Under the pieces are notes generated by a model, which worked only from the letters and a program-made list of their open reading frames with translations, was not told the DNA's origin and did not search any database. From assembly GCA_964016885.1 (NCBI GenBank), contig OZ024748.1, positions 10,788,001-10,852,000 of the forward strand: a stretch of DNA of 64,000 nt, written 5' to 3'. Position 1 is the stretch's first letter, and each line of letters starts with the position of its first letter. Made by a program: the position numbers and the translations under genes. Shown one piece after another: positions 26,763 through 40,447 of the stretch. Origin of the DNA: Eledone cirrhosa (lineage: Eukaryota).

Positions 26763-27333
26763 TTATTACTCCAAGAATTGCCTGCCCAGGAACTTTCTTA
26801 AACCAACCACCTGACCAAGGAAACTTCTTGTTGAGTCAAACAATGCCAAACGTTAAAACTATCTTCAATACAGAGTACTCATAACCTCTAGTTGGATTAC
26901 TTTAAATGATATCTTATCTTATATATGGAATAGGCTTCCATCAGTTTTAACAATGAGTGTTCCAATATTCCAATTGTTTAATCAGTGGAACAACTTGGTC
27001 ATGAAATTAATGTACCTGTGGCTGAGTTTTTCAGAGGTACATATACTCTTAAAGTAACTCTCAGGAAGATTCAGCATAACACACAGTGTGTGGTAGGGCT
27101 GGTATTTTGAATTACAGGTATGGTCCATCAGACAGGCTTCCAAACAGTTTCTGCCTACCCTCACAAGGCCTGGCTTCCCCTGAGACTATGGTAAACAACA
27201 CACAAACCTCCAACCAAGATGCTACGTGGTGGCATAATTACAAAGCAACCTGCTTTACCATTTAGCCATTTTGTATCCATATTTTTAGACATACATACAA
27301 GAAGTTGAAGTGAGAGTGAGAGGAAACACTAAC

Positions 27334-27454
27334 CTCTGTATCTTCCAGGAACTTCTTCTTCTTGAAAATGTATCGAATAAACACATCCTTCAGATAATCC
27401 TCTCTGACAATGAGGAACCATAAACGTTTCAGGGGTAAGGTGGAGTGGTGGTTA
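27334..27454 (-). CDS. DMXL2: DMXL exon 31 (NHHSTLPLKRLWFLIVRED...FIRYIFKKKK)
   Basis: cag/gttagt. Confidence 0.92.
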
Positions 27455-27662
27455 CTGGAAACAGAGAGACAAGACATTGTAATATGTGCAACAGGTGGGC
27501 TGTATAATTGTGAATGTGGGGCATTGTGTATATATATATATATATATATGTGTATATAAAAATATATATGTGTGTGTGTGTGTGAAGCTGGAAGACTATA
27601 TATGAAATTGGAAGAATACAGGCCTATAAGAAGAGAAAGAGAGGAAGGAAAATAAACAAACT

Positions 27663-27693
<31 letters not shown>

Positions 27694-28805
27694 GGAGAGA
27701 AAGATATAGAAATAGAGAAAAACATATATAAAGAAAGAGAGACCTAGAGATAAAAAGAGTTTTAATAAGCAAGTGCAAATATACAATGGAAGACTTTGAA
27801 TAGTATTGTCTACAGAACCGTGTGTGTGATTGTGTGTGTGTGTGTGTGTGTCTATGTGTGATTGTGTGTGTATGTGTGTTTAGTAAATAGCAACTATAAC
27901 GACCGAAACACAACAATAGCTATGGAATTCATACAAAAAAGTGAATTCAGAAAAGCTGCTAACATTTAGAGATTGGATCAACGAAATGTCAGAACTTCAA
28001 ACTAGGATGAGTCAGATCCACACCCAGAAAAATAACTAATTTTTCCGGATTGGACCTGGGAAACTAACGTTTCTGCTGTTCTTCCCATTCCTGATATTAT
28101 CTGCAAGTCACTCAAACTCTGACGGAAATGTCACCACATTTCTGGGGACATGAACTCAGGTAGGTTTTGAACCCAGAATGTACAGAGTTAGAACAGATAT
28201 AGCTTTAATAATTCTACCAATCCACCCTTCCTTGGATTGGTACTTTAGTTACTGACCATGAAGGGGTGAAAGAGAAAGGTGACCTAGGTGGAGTTTGAAC
28301 GCAGCACAGAGAGTTGGAACAAATGGCACAAAATATTTTTTTCCGCTACCATAACAACTCACTGCCCAATACAAAAGAACAGCAAGTCTTTCAAAGTCCT
28401 TTTTCCTTGCTTCTTCTTCCGCCTGAGACAGAAATCATGTGACATCCACCAGTTGCTGCAACCAGTTCACAGTGGTGGGATAAGGGTGCATGAGGTCCAC
28501 ATTCTCAGATGGGTGGAGATCTGGGTACTCACCACATGACGTCCGCTCAAACACTGCAATCAGCCCACAGAAGTGGGATTACAATGCATGAAGGTTAGCC
28601 TTGCAGGTACCCATGAATGCTTCATGATCATCATGGGGTTGTTATTGAAGCTATGTCTTAAGGTCAGACACCGTTCATGGTGCCACCCACTTTTAGTCAC
28701 CTTTTATGACACAGAGGAATATGGTGTATCTATTCCAAATTAGATACACACAGCTTTATTACAAAGATATAAAAACCCAACCAGTTTTAGAATATATCAT
28801 CTTAC

Positions 28806-29001
28806 ATGAAAGGTGAGTTGTGAGGTTTGAGTAATGCCTCGTATTTGGTGTGGGGGATTCCTGCTTCAACATCTAGAATCAAGTGTGGAATGTAGTTGTC
28901 TGGAGGTCCAGAGAAAAGTTCCAGTTTGCTATGTAACACCTCCTCCCATTGTTCCAGGTTCTTCAAAACGGCATGTAGCAACGGAGAACTCACTGGAAGT
29001 T
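28806..29001 (-). CDS. DMXL2: DMXL exon 30 (ELPVSSPLLH...LLKPHNSPF)
   Basis: cag/gtaaga. Confidence 0.92.
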
Positions 29002-29428
29002 CTGAAACAAACAACAACAAAAATTTAAAAAAAAAGAAAGAATAATATAAAATAAAAAAACGATAATCTATATTATAAGAATGCCGTCTGCTCGTTCGTC
29101 TGTCTGCCCGTTCGTCTGTCCACCCGTCTGTCTTTCATGCTCACTTTATATAAAGAGAAGGAGATAGCCAAGCAAATGAGATGTACAAAGATAGAGAAAG
29201 AAAAGGAACGTCATTTGTTGAGAGAGAGAGAGAGAGAGAGTGGGAGAAGAGGGGGAAGACAACATCGCTCTCATCTAGTAACAACAACAACAACAACATC
29301 GGAATCGCATCCAAAGTCTTAGAAAATAAAATCAATATTGATAGATGCAGGTGTGGAGTGTGTGTGGCTGTGTGTGTGGCTGTGTGTGTGGCTGTGTGTA
29401 ACAGCAACAAGAACAATGTGAGACCAAC

Positions 29429-29559
29429 CTTGAAGTTCCATTGACACCATTGGGAGGAAGTTGTGTAAGTTGTGTAACACCAGACGGACAACAGCATAAC
29501 GAATTAAGCACCAGGAATAGGAGTTTGGATCATTGTGTTGTTGCATGGGAGAGAGACCC
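29429..29559 (-). CDS. DMXL2: DMXL exon 29 (GLSPMQQHNDPNSYSWCLIRYA...MELQ)
   Basis: cag/gttggt. Confidence 0.92.
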
Positions 29560-29909
29560 CTGGAAAAGAAGGGGGAACAGTTCACACATCATCATCATCA
29601 GTAGCAAATACAAACATTTAAATCTTTTTTTCTTCAAGAATTGATGACACACAACATGAAGCTTTCCATATCCTTTAAATAGTGGTGCCCCAACATGGCC
29701 TTAGTCGGCTGGGACAGGTAAAAGTTTAAGTAAAAAATTCTTTTCTTTTTTTTTTCATGATAACCAATTAGAATGTATAAGAATGACATGGTCCTTATAT
29801 ATATATATATATATAAAGTGTTTCTATAGGAAAGGTAAAGGAAAGGAGAGTGCTCAATGCAGGCTACAGAGCTTTTTAGTTAAAAGCTATTTACTCTCAT
29901 TAATATTAC

Positions 29910-29957
<48 letters not shown>

Positions 29958-30285
29958 GTAATATTAATGAGAGCAAATTTTACTCATTTACACAGAGAAT
30001 CCATCGAATTTAACAGGGTTAAAGTTTAGGAAAACTACTACTCTTCCAAGTAACTTTTAATACAACTGACACCATACTTTTTTGAACTATGATTTTTAAC
30101 CGATTTATTTTGATATTGAAGAGGTTATTGACCAATGGTCAAAAGTCTTTAACTTACTGTTGTTGGTCTCCCCAATGTCCATATATATAACCCATGCTAG
30201 CGTGGAAGAGAGACGTTAAATGATGATGATGATGATATATATATTGAAGAGGTTACTGACCAATGATCAATATATTTTAACTTAC

Positions 30286-30419
30286 AGTGTTGTTGGTCTC
30301 CCCGATGTCCATATTTTGTCATCCTCTTCTTCTTGGGACTCAATATCATCATCATCTTCATCTGACAGAGATGTATCAGAATCATAACTGATAATGGAGT
30401 TGGATGTTGATAGGAATGG
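30286..30419 (-). CDS. DMXL2: DMXL exon 28 (PFLSTSNSIISYDSD...GRPTT)
   Basis: cag/gtaagt; acidic YDSD segment. Confidence 0.88.
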
Positions 30420-30972
30420 CTGTCAATGATAAGGATGATAATAATAACAACAACAACAACAATAATAATAAATAATATAAACAATAACATTAACAACAAC
30501 AGTAATAATGGTTTCTGATTTAGGCACAAGGCCGGCAATTTGGGGGGAAGGGAAAATCAATTAAATTGACCCCAGTGCATTACTGGTACTTTATTTTAAC
30601 GACCCCCCCCCCCCCCCCCCCCCCGTAAGGATGAAAGGCAAAGTTAATCTTGGTGGGATTAGAACCCAGAACATAAAGGGGCCATAACTATATGCCACAA
30701 AGCTTGTTGTCCGGCGCTCTACCGATATTGCCAATGCTCTATAATAATAATGGGGTTATAAAATACTTTGGGCAAGTTTAAATGTTGCTTGTTCCAAGTG
30801 TCTGGTGTTTAGCTTGAACTGTGGAAAGGTCAGTGGTGAAAGTTCTGGTGGGATGTAATTCTGGGGAAGCAAGGATTGCGTAAGAAAATAAAACAACAAA
30901 ACAAAACAAAAATGAAAATAAAGTTTTTTTTACTAAAGGAATGAGAAGAGTTTACAAACAACAATCACTTAC

Positions 30973-31103
30973 CTTTGTCATAAAATAAGTTATCATACTT
31001 AGTTCAGGTGGCACAAATCTCTCTTCGTATGTTTGTCTTTCGTCTTTTCTAACAGACCCCATTGCCTTCATATGAACTTTCATTCTATGCTTAGCGGCAT
31101 CAT
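30973..31103 (-). CDS. DMXL2: DMXL exon 27 (DDAAKHRMK...YEERFVPPELSMITYFMTK)
   Basis: tag/gtaagt; FVPPE motif. Confidence 0.92.
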
Positions 31104-31774
31104 CTACAGGACCTTCATAGAAATATTAAGACACATCAACCCTTTTGTTACCATATTTCTAATGAAAGGCACTGCCTATGATTTTAGTAAAATTTTCAGA
31201 ATAATTTGGATGGATTTAGTAATATGAAATTTAACTAATTTCTCATTATTAAGCTAGTGTTAGGAGTACAAATTAACAAAGGTTCTTACATAAAATTATA
31301 ATGGAAAGTTTTTAGATAAATATAAACACTTTAAAATATTTTGTGTGATAGAGCTGAGGGCAGTTTCAGGCAGGTTGGTATCAATGGGGTTAATCAAAAT
31401 ATTTCACAAAACGGATGACCAAGTGTATATCCAGGGCCTCCTGGACAGAAGAAGGCAGAAGATGACAGGAGATGACAGAAGACAGATGTCAGAAGACAAG
31501 AGAAGACAGAAGATAAAGATAGACGATGACAGAAGAAAACAGAAAAAGACAGATGACAAAAGACCGAAAAAAATAGATGACAGAAAACAAGATGGAAGGC
31601 AGAAGATAAACGATGTAAAATGACAAAAGATAAGAGATGACAGGAGACAAGAGAAGATAGAAGTTAGAGGACAAGAGACAAAAGAAGACAGAAGATAGAA
31701 CCTAGAGAATGACAGATGACGATAGATGATAGAAGGTAGATGATGACAGAAGAGAAGCATTTCTTCTTTCTTAC

Positions 31775-32020
31775 CTTTGGGGAGAAGAACAGAATTTCTC
31801 TTAATTACAGTCTTAACACCTCCGCCAAACAGTGCTGCCCACGTCTGCTTGTCCAACTTGTGGGCCACAAGTCTGTAGAGTAGGTGGACATCATAAGTAG
31901 CTAAGCCATTGATGAGCAGACACATGTAGACAGCCACCAATGATTCACATAATAACACATCTAATCTTGGAGATTCTTCATCACGTTCACGAACTAACAG
32001 GACACGTAGAGATGTCACAC
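31775..32020 (-). CDS. DMXL2: DMXL exon 26 (GVTSLRVLL...LFGGGVK...LLPK)
   Basis: cag/gtaaga. Confidence 0.93.
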
Positions 32021-32375
32021 CTGAAACAATAAAACAACTCCATTAATACCGGACAACACTGTTGGTACAGAACAGTATTTCCTAAAGAGGGGGCCATGAA
32101 AAGATTCGAGGGTTTAGCAAGATAAGGTTTTTAGAATAGGTACACTGCATTCCTGAGTGTTGTAAGGGGTAACTATAAAAGGGTTGGTATAGTGGTCATG
32201 TAGGAGACATGACAAAAAGCACCCAGCACACACTGTAAATGTGGTTGGTGTTAGGAAGGGCATCCAGCTGTAGAAATCTAGCCAGAAACAGTTCTATATG
32301 AGCAAAACGCAGTCACCTGATCCAACTTGCCTCTAATAAGACAAACCAGTCTAACCATGTTAAGTGACGATGACT

Positions 32376-32415
<40 letters not shown>

Positions 32416-32459
32416 ATATGCATGCTACCTAAGGTTTCAAACTTCAACCAGCATAGAAC

Positions 32460-32492
<33 letters not shown>

Positions 32493-32681
32493 TACACATG
32501 AATACATCAACATGTCTAACAGCATTAATGTTACGAATACTAAACATTCAATATTTAAGGACCTCAATATCTCAATAACACATTTCTTCAGATGATCAGT
32601 GAAAAAGTGTGAAATGAGGTGGAAAAGTAAAAGGATAGTAATGGTAGATTAGTAACGCAAACGAGAGACTAGTGTGCTTAC

Positions 32682-32797
32682 CTGGCCACTTAGAAGGTGA
32701 AGTGTTCACAGCCTCTTCACATATACTACTGGGTAAACGACGTCGTTGTGGGTTCAAACCTGACATCAGGTTGTTTGCTTGGCAAGAGATGTTATGA
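32682..32797 (-). CDS. DMXL2: DMXL exon 25 (HNISCQ...VNTSPSKWP)
   Basis: cag/gtaagc; TSPSKWPG motif. Confidence 0.9.
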
Positions 32798-34349
32798 CTG
32801 AAAATACGTTATATTTAATTTGATATCATTTTTTTTTTTAAATGGTTAGAATCTCTGATTGTTGTAGACATAAACCATTACTAGACTGTCTCCTTATTAC
32901 ATAAAACATTATAAGACACTGTCCCCTATTACATAATACATTATTACATGTCCCCTAATTACAGCTACTAGGACAAAATCACCCCTAATTACAGCTACTA
33001 GGACAAAATCACCCCTTAAATTACACCAAACTGTCTTAAAAAAGGTGAGACACATTAAATAATATATATATATTTAATTACTTAGTAAGGAGGAAAGACT
33101 TGTGCCCATGAACGACCCTTTTCAGGCCCTCCAAAATTGACGAGACTGATACTAACAAGTGGTGGGGCTCTAGGTTAAGTTACAGGGGGAGGGAACTATA
33201 ATAGGTGGGATGGGGGGGGGGGGGGGGGGATGTTTAACTTTTGAAGTCCTGTACCGCGTGAGACAACACTGGCAAGACATTTCTGAAAAGTACAAATCAG
33301 CATTATGACTACATCATATTGAAAATGAAAGTGTTTACTCTTATACTGCAGGTTTTAACAATGATCTGTCCACTTGTAAAGATACTATAAATATTAGAAT
33401 TAATAAACTTGTTTTTTTGTTTAAGATATTTTCATTTTCTGCTCAATCATTACAAGATATTAAGAGTTAATATAAGAAGGAAAAACATGTTGAATAAATT
33501 ATGGTTCACTTTGAAAGGAGAATCATAGATGTTCCGGAATGAAGAACCAGGATACACTAAGAGGAATGTTTGATAAATGACTCAGTACTATATTGTGATA
33601 AAACAACATGTACTGTTGTTGATAAACTACCAAGCACTGTAATTGATGAAAAATAATAGTTCCAGCGTTTGTTACAAAGCAATAGGCACTGTAGTAGATA
33701 AAACAATGGGACCAGGAGTTGATAAAGCAATAGGTAGAAAAAACTATAGGCTTGGTGGTAGATATATAAAAAATTAGGTACTGTGTTAGATAACCCATTA
33801 GGTCCATGAGTACATAAAGAAATATGCTCTGTAATAGGCAATGTGGTTGATAAAATAATAGGTTCAGTTGTTGATAAAACAATAAGCTCTGTAATAGGCA
33901 AAGTGGTTGATAAAATAATAGGCCCAGTTGTTGATAAAACAATAAGCTCTGTAAAAAGCAATGTGGTTGATAAAATAATAGGCCCAGCTGTTGATAAAAC
34001 AATAGGCACTGTGTTAGATAAAACAATAGGTTATGTGTTAGATAAAGCAATAGGAACTGTCTTGATAAGACAATAGGTCACATGGTAGATGGAACAAGTG
34101 ACCCTGTAATGAGTTAGAGTTTAGGGCAATAATTAGGGTGAGTGTATGTAATAATGATTAGCTGTGGATGAGTAGAAACCTGAATTTATACAAGCACATA
34201 TATATATACAAATATACACAAATATTTATATATATATATATATATAATCATATACATTATATATATATATATAGTAATAATAATAAATTTGTAGACTAAA
34301 ATCCAAAGAGAGCAGCGATTCTTTGCTTAAACTTTAATCTGTTATTATA

Positions 34350-34398
<49 letters not shown>

Positions 34399-34488
34399 TA
34401 TACATAATTATATATATATATATAGGTATGTATATATATCTGCATGTATGTATAAAGGTATAACTGGGTGTGTTACAGTAGAAGGTAC

Positions 34489-34560
34489 CTGCTGAAATGT
34501 CCAGAATATTTTTTAGACCGTTTTTTAAGTTGCTGTTCAATCATTACATGGCACTGTTCC
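34489..34560 (-). CDS. Candidate duplicated 72-nt exon, copy A (EQCHVMIEQQLKKRSKKYSGHFS)
   Basis: Same splice sites as copy B; phase 2-2; open frame. Confidence 0.5.
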
Positions 34561-35545
34561 CTGAAATAAAAGGTTTTGGGTTGCAGAAGAAAAAATACAG
34601 TTTGTAATGTTGTCATTGAAGTCAACTTTGCTGAGACGTTTAAGGAAACTATTTTTATGACTGGCAGAATAGAAAGAGTAACCCCTACTCAATTTCCCCC
34701 ACCCCAAGATTCAATCAATTTCTCCAAACATACCTTCATAAGTGCACAAAATCAACCTTTACTCAAATCCTTCAGAACAATCCTCATAGTTTTTCTGACT
34801 GTCTCTTAATATATTCAGACTTATCCCATTCAATTGATTTAGATCAACCATCATTCAACTTCAGACCAATGCAGACATAACAAGGAATTTATAGAATAAA
34901 TTATGGTTCACTTTGAAAGGAGACTCATAGATGTTCCAGAATGGAGACCCCACGATACCAAACACTAAGAGAAATGTTTGATAAATGACTCAGTACTATA
35001 TTGTAATAAAACAACATGTACTGTTGTTGATAAACTACCAAGCACTGTAATTGATAAAAAATAATAGTTCCACAGTTTGTTATAAAGCAATAGGCACTGT
35101 AGTAGATAAAACAATGAGACCAGGAGTTGATAAAGCAATAGGTAGAATAAACCTTACATTTTGTGGTAGATAAAACTATAGGCTTGGTGGTAGATATATA
35201 AAAAATTAGGTACTGTGTTAGATAACCCATCAGGTCCATGAGTACATAAAGTAATAGGATCTGTAATAGGCAATGTGGTTGATAAAACAATAAGCTCTGT
35301 AATAGGCAATGTGGTTGATAAAATAATAGGCCCAGTTGTTGATAAAACAATAGGCACTGTGTTAGATAAAACAAATAGGTTATGTGTTAGATAAAACAAT
35401 AGGAATTGTCTTGATAAGACAATAGGTCACATGGTAGATGAACAAGTGACCCTGCAATGAGTTAGAGTTTAGGGCAATAATTAGGGTGAGTGTATGTAAT
35501 AATGGTTAGCTGTGGATGAGTAGAAACCTGAATTTATACAAGCAC

Positions 35546-35582
<37 letters not shown>

Positions 35583-35601
35583 TACATATATATCTGTATA
35601 T

Positions 35602-35792
35602 ACAGGGACTGCAAAAGTAGGTATACATTAATGAAAAACAAAACGTATTTTATTGATTATACAAACTTATCAATACTGGTACAATCCTTACTGTATAGTA
35701 TACAGTAAGGATTGTACCAGTATTGATAATATAATCAATAAAATACGTTTTGTTTTTCATTAATGTATACCTACTTTCGCAGTCCCCTGTAT
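35602..35792. mobile_element. Palindromic Tc1/mariner-type MITE (TA-CAGGG...CCCTG-TA)
   Basis: About 95-bp arms with almost no loop; smaller TA-bounded MITEs at 13005-13085 and 57592-57696. Confidence 0.7.
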
Positions 35793-35807
35793 ATACATAT
35801 ATGTGTC

Positions 35808-35855
<48 letters not shown>

Positions 35856-35982
35856 GAGATATCCACGGTAAGTTGTGGGGTTTATTCTGCATGAAGAACT
35901 CAATGTAATCCATATGTTGAAAATGTAGGTTAAAATAAATCCCGGAAAACAATAAAACATTAAAAGGAAAACAGAGTCATGA

Positions 35983-36319
35983 TATAAGTTAAAACAATGA
36001 AATAAAAAATCAAGTCATTAGAAATATACTTCACTGCTTTACGATCGTTTCTAGGTGATGATAATACATCATAACTATACTTCGTTATCGATCTATGTAA
36101 GGTTAGTTACAAAATATCAGATAAGGAGAATATTTACTTGCATATCACCAGCTGTTGTCAAAAGCAGTAAATATTCTCCTTATCTGATATTTTGTAACTA
36201 ACCTTACATAGATTGATAACGAAGTATAGTTACGATGTATTATCACCTAGAAACGATCGTAAAGCAGTGAAGTACATTTCTAATGACTTAATTTTTTATT
36301 TCATTGTTTTAACTTATAT
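35983..36319. repeat. Long fold-back palindrome (about 155-bp arms)
   Basis: tataagttaaaacaatga...gagaatatttac / gtaaatattctc...tcattgttttaacttata. Confidence 0.85.
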
Positions 36320-36392
36320 ATATATATAGGTATGTATATATATCTGCATGTATGTATAAAGGTATAACTGGGTGTGTTACAGTAGAAGGTAC

Positions 36393-36464
36393 CTGCTGGA
36401 CTGTCCAGAGTATTTTTTAGACCGTTTTTTAAGTTGCTGTTGAATCATTCTATGGCACTGTTCC
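36393..36464 (-). CDS. Candidate duplicated 72-nt exon, copy B (EQCHRMIQQQLKKRSKKYSGQSS)
   Basis: ttttatttcag acceptor, CAG|gtacct donor; phase 2-2, matching the host intron; open frame. Confidence 0.5.
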
Positions 36465-37134
36465 CTGAAATAAAAGGTTTTGAGTTGCAGAAGAAAAAAT
36501 ACAGTTTGCAATGTTGTCATTGAAGTCAACTTTGATGAGACGTTTAAGGAAATTATTTTTATTACTGGCAGAGGAGAAAGATTATTCCCTATTCAATTTC
36601 CCTACACAAGGATTCACTCAATTTCCCCAAACATACCCTCATAAGTGCACAAGATCAACCTTTACTAAAATCCTTCAAAACAATCCCCATAGTTTTTTTC
36701 AGACTGACTTTAATTTCTTCTTCACTCAATTCCTTCAGTCCAACCCTCACTCAATTCTTTCAGACCTACCCTTACTCAATTCCTTCAGATCTACCCTTAC
36801 TTAATTCCTTCAGACTTACCCTCACTCAATTCCTTCAGACCTACCCTCCTCCCCAATTCCAGCTCCAACTCTCTGAAGATCTTCTATTGTAATTTTATTT
36901 ACAAAATACATAACATTTTGAATCTCATCTTTTTAAAATTAAGGTGTTTGCTCTATATTAATCAGAGTTAGAAACGATGATCGTCGTCAACAGTTACCCA
37001 CCCTTGCTTCTGTTGGAATCCACTAGTTGGCAGTATGTCATCAGTTTTCAAAATTAATAGCTGAAAGCTTTCAAATATTTATCCATAAACAGTGTATATT
37101 GCTAGATATACAAAATACTCATAACTTTTTAGAA

Positions 37135-37782
<648 letters not shown>

Positions 37783-37800
37783 CCAGATTTTTGTGCTCAC

Positions 37801-38395
37801 CTAGTAAATCCTTCCAGACCCATCTCTGTTCTTTGGTTTTGGTTAATCATGGAATGGTCAATATCACACAAGCACTGGTATATAGAAGAAGACAAGGCAA
37901 CGCTGAGATTGCGCATCATCCATACAACGTTAGTTTGGCAATTGAGGCTTGGCGGCATGGAAAACTCGACAATTGAGTGAAGCAAATCCTGAGTGAGGTT
38001 TTGCAAATATTGGATTGGATCAGCAATGACCGTTTTTGATCTGGCAATACTGGCAGAAAGCAGAGGTAGTGTTGTTGGGAATGGTAACGGTGAGAGCAGC
38101 TGTTGCTGGGTTCGTTCTTGTTGAAGTTCTTGTAGTAGTAGAAGTAACTCCATCTGAACTGATGCTAAACCACCGGTTCCGGAACCTTGTAGAATGCAGT
38201 AGCTAAGAAGGGTACGCAACAGTTGTTGATTCACCTTCAGCCACTGTTTCCGTCGAGCGGCTCTAGACAGTTTCGCTTCAAAGTTCATCTTTTCTGCGTG
38301 GATGATTTGGTGCAGAGATGGACGAGAGTCTCTCCTAATACTACCATTTGCTTCCTCACCAATGTTGTCAGAGTCCTGACTAATGTCAAGATCAC
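37801..38395 (-). CDS. DMXL2: DMXL exon 24 (GDLDISQ...LLRTLLSYC...GLEGFT)
   Basis: aag/gtgagc; overlaps ORF 37797-38288. Confidence 0.94.
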
Positions 38396-38747
38396 CTTAA
38401 CAATAAAGAAAACAAGATCACACAGAACTAATATTAGTAATAGACTTTATAAGAGAGACTTCAGCTTTCACATGATATAAATTTCAACATAGAATGGTTT
38501 TTTTTTAGTAATCCAGAAAATAGGGTTGCTTTTATTCAAACTGTTCGCTTTGAAATTGTTTTTTTTAGAATACAGAATTACTATATATATTCAAATATAA
38601 GCTGAGGACCAAAAAAATTGATGGTAAAATGGAGGGGGGTGGGGACTTATATTTGAGTATATATGATAATTATTCTTTTAGAATACAGAATTAATTATTC
38701 TTTTAGAATACTGAATTAATCACTATTAGAAAACAGAATTAATTATA

Positions 38748-38932
38748 TAATAATAATAATGAAAATATTGTGTTCAGTGCTCAGGTGCACTACAACTCAT
38801 CAAAAGTGTATGTATAGTACATAGGGTAATGTACAAACGTCAGGAAAATGAACAGTGCATGAGTCATGATATACACATGTGTGCATGTGTATGGAAGGGG
38901 GACATCAGGTGTAGCTTTGGCGAATTTCGGCG
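38748..38932 (-). mobile_element. CR1 3' UTR fragment
   Basis: Reverse-complement match to about 49795-49975 (gctcaggtgcactacaactcatcaaa). Confidence 0.75.
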
Positions 38933-39767
38933 AATTACTCTTTTAGAAAACAGAAGTACACATAAGTATACATATTATTTAATACATGTAGACCCTAAAG
39001 TTAAGCTTAAACCGTTTTGATGGAAGAATGGGCTATAAATTAGCAATATATAAAGACATGTCATTAAAATTCTACTCAATTAAATTATGACTTATAACCC
39101 ATTTTAGTGTAGATATTAATTAACTATTAAATCTTGTCTTATTTGTTTTCATTGTTCGACCATATATAAATACATGTAAAGACACCATGAATGGAAATAT
39201 GTTGATAATATGTATTTAAAGAACACAAGAATGTGGTGATGGACTGAATGATGTATGTAGAGAGTTCTTAACCTTTAGCACGCTAGAAAGTTTTATGAAT
39301 TGCTTCCCTTGACACTGTATTATGTATCAAGGGTAGATTACTCTATTGACGGCATAATGTTCCTAGAGCGTGCTGAAGGTTAATGAATTGCAGCTTGTAC
39401 ATACACAAGGTAATATGAATATACATAAAGTGGAATTTCCATGGGTCCTGCCAGTAAATATAATTATTAGTCCCTGCATAACTGCAGGCAACTGACCTTT
39501 TGTGCAGTCATTAATTTCTTTAGTGCACCAGTTGCAAAACATGTACACACACACAGACCTTAGATCAGTAGCTTAAGATCTAGTACAAACTTTTAATATC
39601 TGTTCAAACAAGATTAGCACCTAAACTACATACATGTGTATTTATGGTAGCCAGACAATGTGACTAGAAATAATATATATATAATCCACATATAATAACT
39701 GGCAATGTGCTTTTATTTGCTGTCACACAAACTGTGGAAGTAGGAGGCAGTCAAATAAGGAGGAGGA

Positions 39768-40340
39768 GTGACAGTAGGAATGAATGAACAATAAAGATGA
39801 GTAACAGTGAGAGTGACAGTAGGAATGAATGAACAATAAAGATGAGTAACAGTGAGAGTGACAGTAGGAATGAATAAACAAAAAGATGAGTAACAGTGAG
39901 AGAAGAAAATTGAGAGTAAGTTGCAATAACAGCTTTGAGATGGATGAAAGTGAGAGGTATAGAAGTGAGAGAGAGTTGCAGAAAGAGTCTTGGGATGGGT
40001 GAAAGTGAGAGGTATAAAATTGAGAGAGAGTTGCAGAAAGAGTCTTGGGATGGGTGAAAGTGAGAGGTATAAAATTGAGAGAGAGTTGCAGAAGGAGTTT
40101 TGAGATGGGTGAAAGTGAGAGGTATAAAATTGAGAGAGAGTTGTAGAAGGAGTTTTGAGATGGGTGAAAGTGAGAGGTATAAAATTGAGAGAGAGTTGCA
40201 GAAGGAGTTTTGAGATGGGTGAAAGTGAGAAGTATAAAATTGAGAGAGAGTTGCAGAAAGAGTTTTGAGATGGGTGAAAGTGAGAGGTATAAAATTGAGA
40301 GAGAGTTGCAGAAAGAGTTTTGAGATGGGTGAAAGTAAGA
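39768..40340. repeat. Adjacent minisatellites: 45-bp (about 3 copies) and 55-bp (about 7 copies)
   Basis: gtgacagtaggaatga... and gaaagtgagaggtataaaattgagagagagttgcag... Confidence 0.9.
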
Positions 40341-40447
40341 AATATCATGTGATAAAATGATAAGAACGTTTTCAAAGAAATTTCTCTAAAAAAAAAAAAA
40401 CAAAAAAAAAAAAAACAAATATATATATATATATATAAATATATATT

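Larger units (their letters stand above)
33492..36710. repeat. Tandem duplication of a roughly 1.3-kb intronic unit (A about 33492-34810; B about 34893-36710)
   Basis: Collinear near-identical blocks; B carries additional palindromic inserts. Confidence 0.88.

Noticed and set aside
29067-29145. Second Helitron 5' end
   Set aside because: A TC start and ctgtc repeats are present but no matching 3' hairpin or CTRR end was found.
33523-35399. LLFYQ / LSTT repeat ORFs and possible EHL-stop terminal exons in the duplication
   Set aside because: They arise from a degenerate gataaaacaatagg minisatellite; no polyA signal or homology support is visible.
39713-40375. 220-aa ORF
   Set aside because: Open only because of the 55-bp and 45-bp minisatellites.
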